A DNA stretch of 64,000 nucleotides from Paragordius varius (taxonomy: Eukaryota > Animalia > Nematomorpha). The stretch covers positions 14,818,001 through 14,882,000 of the forward strand of contig OZ176051.1 in NCBI GenBank assembly GCA_964247055.1, written 5' to 3'. The number at the start of each line of letters is the position of its first letter. Positions within the stretch are counted from its first letter, which is position 1. This document shows positions 60,005 to 64,000 of the stretch, piece after piece. The translations under genes and the position numbers were made by a program. The notes beneath the pieces are model-generated. The model searched no databases. It saw nothing but the letters and a program-made list of their open reading frames with translations, and was not told the origin of the DNA.

Positions 60005-62483
60005 GACCCATGTTCGGGTAAGTATTACTTGCGTCCTTATGCTTAAATCCTTATGCTTAAATCCTTATACTTAAATCCTTAAGCTTACGTCCTTATGCTT
60101 ACATCCTTATGCTTAAATCCTTATGCTTACGTCCTTATGCTTACATTTTTGAATAAAAATATAAGTCTGCTCCTAGTAGACTTATTAAAATTTCAAAGTG
60201 GCATAAATTTAAAAATATTGTGAATTTTTGAATTCTGTAAATTGGAGGAGAGAAAGTAAAGTATATTTAACAAATAATTTTTAGGTTTAATTAATGTTGC
60301 TTCAATCTTTTGGCATTAAAAGGGGTTTACACAACCCCTGTTAAAAAATAGAAAAATCCTAAAACATGCATTCAAAATCAAAAGTTTTTTAGAAGAAATA
60401 GGTATGCATTTTATCCAACTATATTTTTTAGATTTTTTTGAGTTATCAAAATTGAAATATCTGCATACTTTGTGAAATAAAAAAAACTACCCATTTTTCA
60501 AATTCTTTATATTGGAGGATAAAAATGATGTATATATAACAAATTATTTATAGGTTTTAGAAATTGAATGATCGCATACACTCTTAGTAAACTAAGCTTC
60601 TTGAAAAAATATATCTGGAACAGAAAACCCAAAGTTTTTTAGAAGGTGTGCAATTGATTTAACCATATTTTTTAGATTTAGATGTCATGGCGATCGAATT
60701 ATCTGCGCACTTTTTGCATTTTGAGGATGAAGCATTGAAGAATCTACTTATTTTATTGGATTTCATAAAATTTTTGCTATTTGATATACAAAATTATATA
60801 TTTATGTTTATTGTCAATAAATATATGATAAAATTACTTTAGTTTCAAACGTCTAAAAATCATTTTAATCCACAGTGCACAAAATCGGAGGCTATAAAAA
60901 ATATTATGATCAATCATATATATTGCATATTAGGAATATCATGGTGCTTGGTTTTAGGTCTAACGAATAATATTGAGGTAAATCCAATTTTGTGGTAATT
61001 GTTCCTAGAAAGGTTAAAAATTAGGCAAATTTATAATTTTTTTATGAAAGCTAAATGCTTCACTTTAAAAATACCATTATATTTTAATATGTACTATATT
61101 CGAAAACAAAAATGAAATTTAAAATTTTAAGCGTAGGTTCCAAAACAACTTTTTGGACTTCTCTAAAATGGGCCACTTTTTTTAAAAAAGCCGATGCGCG
61201 ATAATATTTTTTATATAAATTGAATTCGACAATATAATAGATTTTTTTAAAAATTTTGGCAATCATATTTTATGGTGCTTTAAGATATCACAAAAACACT
61301 TTTGTTTAACATTTCTATCACCTCAAAATTTTGATTAGCTTTTGCTTTAAATTTGGGGAAATATTTAGGGGTCTTTTTGGTCAAAGTTTAATTTAATAAT
61401 ATCATTAAATAAACTATATTTGAAAACCAAAATGAAGTTTGTTTAGAATTTTAAGCGTAGACTCCAAATAAGTTTGCCTAATTTGCAACCTTTCGATAAG
61501 GAACAATTACCACAAAATTGGATATACCTCAATATTATTCGTTAGACCTAAAACCAAGCACCATGATATTCCTAATATGCAATATATATGATTGATCATA
61601 ATATTTTTTATAGCCTCCGATTTTGTGCACTGTGGATTAAAATGATTTTTAGACGCTTGAAACTAAAGTAAATTTATCATATATTTATTGACAATAAACA
61701 TAAATATATAATTTTGTATATCAAATAGTAAAAATTTTATGAAATCCAATAAAATAAGTAGATTCTTCAATGCTTCATCCTCAAAATGCAAAAAGTGCGC
61801 AGATAATTCGGCCATGACATCTAAATCTAAAAAATATGGTTAAATCAATTGCACACCTTCTAAAAAACTTTGGGTTTTCTGTTCCAGATATATTTTTTCA
61901 AGAAGCTTAGTTCACTAAGAGTGAATGCGATCATTCAATTTCTAAAACCTATAAATAATTTGTTATATATACATCATTTTTATCCTCCAATTTAAAGAAT
62001 TTGAAAAATGGGTAGTTTTTTTTATTTCACAAAGTATGCAGATATTTCAATTTTGATAACTCAAAAAAATCTAAAAAATATAGTTGGATAAAATGCATAC
62101 CTATTTATTCTAAAAAACTTTTAATTTTGCATGCATGTTTTAGGAATTTTCTATTTTTTAACAGGGGTTGTGTAAACCCCTTTTAATGCCAAAAGATTGA
62201 AGCAACATTACTCAAACCTATAAATTATTTGCTAAATATACTTTACTTTCTCTACTTCAATTTACAGAATTCAAAAATTCACAATATTTTTAAATTTATG
62301 CCACTTTGAAATTTTAATAAGTCTACTAGGAGCAGACTTATATTTTTATTCAAAAATGTAAGCATAAGGACGTAAGCATAAGGATGTAAGCATAAGGACG
62401 TAAGCATAAGGATTTAAGCATAAGGATTTAAGCATAAGGATTTAAGTATAAGGACGTAAGTAATACTTACCCGAACATGGGTC
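60005..62483. mobile_element. Foldback-like element: about 1.0-kb inverted arms with subterminal 14-bp tandem repeats and a spacer of about 435 bp
   Basis: GACCCATGTTCGGGTAAGTATTACTT.. is inverted at 62483. The arms 60005-61032 and 61470-62483 are nearly identical. CCTTATGCTTAAAT/ACGT occurs x8 (60035-60146) versus x7 (62356-62453). Confidence 0.92.
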
Positions 62484-62997
62484 ATTCATTCCACTCCTTC
62501 GATTCAAATTAGGGTAGTTGATTACCTCAGGCTTGTTTAAAATTAAATTCTTTAATATAGAATAAATCAAAACCATGGCAAAACTTTGCACTTACATAAC
62601 ATTATAAACCGAAATAAAAACTTAATTTAAAAATTGATAGTATTTAAGGTAAAATTCAAAGGTAAAAATTTAATCAACGTGACATGTGTACTTTGCCTCA
62701 ATAAAAAAACAATAAAAAAAAAACCAATTTTTTATTTTATCAATGCTATATGTGATTTAAATAAATAATTAGCTTTAAGTATACCTTTAAAAAATGAAGA
62801 CGATATTTTATAAAAAATAAGGTCGAAGTAGTTATAACTTTTTCATAATATAATTTATTTAATATTTTAACTTATTTATATATATTTTATTAGGATAGAA
62901 GCATAAATTTAAATTCAGACCGTTTCCTTCTGTAGTTTTATAAAAATATTAAATTAAATTTCTGGGATATTTAGGTACCCCGATTTGAATTGAAGTG
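62484..62997 (+). mobile_element. Family B copy lacking its left end, directly abutting the Foldback-like element
   Basis: Starts at ATTCATTCCACTCCTTCGATTCAAATTAGGGTAG; ends GAATTGAAGTG|TTAA. Confidence 0.75.
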
Positions 62998-64000
62998 TTA
63001 AATAAATACATTTTCACATACACCTGAATCATAAGGATCTAGAACCATAATGCTTTTTGTACGATTACTTTAATCATTGCTTTTATATGCGAAAAAAATT
63101 ATTTTAATTTAAATATATATATTATAGATGTACATAGCTTAACCACACTGATTTATCAACAACATAAAGATTGTTTATTTATGTAGTTCTGGATCTGAGG
63201 CTCCAATGAGTTATGGGTGGCCGATAATTAGCTACATCCTTTACTTGTTATGACAGGTAAGCACCAAAAAAATCTTTACATACCAATCATTAAATTTCTT
63301 TGCCTTATTTATATTATTCTTAATATTAATTGTATTTGCAGTGGCTTATAAATATATTCAAAAAATTGCATTTCTACAATAACAAATTATTTTTTTTATT
63401 AATAATAATATTCTATAACACTGCCTCTAAAATCGGGGGGTAGATGATGTGTATATATTTTAATAAAAAAATATATCAGAGTGCTTTTGGTTATAGTTCT
63501 TACCAGTAATAAAAGAAAGTTATTTACACTTTTGTGGTAGGTGCCTCATATCAGAAAATGGCAAATTCACTCACATTTTTTTTAATTTTTTGGTGAAAAC
63601 AAGCAATTCAGTACAAAAATATCACTATGATATATCATACACTCATATAAAACCTAAAAATATATTCAAGAAAGTTTGTTTTTAGATGTTGGCTCCGAAA
63701 GTCCCAAATTTTTCTACTCTTCCAAAATGAGCCCTCAAATAAACATAAAATAGCCTTACTTGCGCGATAAAAACTTAAATGTTTAATTTTAATATTAATT
63801 AAAAATATATTCTAAAAATGCGTATTTTTTAAAAATTTTGTTTAAGCGTACTCAAAACTATTTTGAAGCATGATGGAAACGGTATATAAATGCTTTAAGA
63901 CATTATATAAACACTTTGTATAATGCGATGGTTCTGCATTTTTATCACCTCGATCTTGGTCTAATGTTAAATATATGGTGTTTTTAAAAAAAATCACCAA

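Noticed and set aside
63189-63258. Exon-like block with a strong CAG|GTAAGC donor and a hydrophobic, GPI-signal-like end (SGSEAPMSYGWPIISYILYLL*)
   Set aside because: All three frames stop before the donor and no upstream partner exon was found.
1-64000. Species identification
   Set aside because: Tiny introns, KLHL-type architecture and the transposon set are compatible with a reduced metazoan parasite lineage, but nothing in the window is diagnostic.

Overview
This is very AT-rich eukaryotic genomic DNA, dense in transposons, with no rRNA, tRNA or CRISPR features. The main gene is a 13-exon BTB-BACK-Kelch (KLHL-like) gene on the + strand (25518-53840, 674 aa). I assembled it by hand and all 12 GT-AG junctions are phase-consistent. 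Intron 1 is 32 nt, while the other introns are 0.9-7.5 kb and filled with mobile DNA. A second + strand gene (5703-7928, 314 aa, no recognisable family, beta-rich) emerges when three tracked ORFs are joined through 21-nt, 22-nt and 1.2-kb introns. Weaker small-gene candidates lie at about 9.4 kb (-), 13.9 kb (+) and 58.1-58.9 kb (an inverted pair). Mobile DNA includes degenerate hAT elements with TIRs and 8-bp TSDs, RTE-type LINE remnants with nested insertions, a mariner remnant, an internally deleted Gypsy element (two short LTRs, tRNA-His-like PBS), about 30 or more copies of a TA-flanked MITE, a TTAA-flanked piggyBac-like MITE family and a 2.5-kb Foldback-like element. The most notable finding is a dispersed repeat carrying a minimal type I hammerhead ribozyme. 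One copy has an intact core (44714-44807) and lies sense to the Kelch pre-mRNA, and two decayed copies sit in intron 4. All calls were made by eye; no database search was run, and the boundaries of degenerate elements are approximate.
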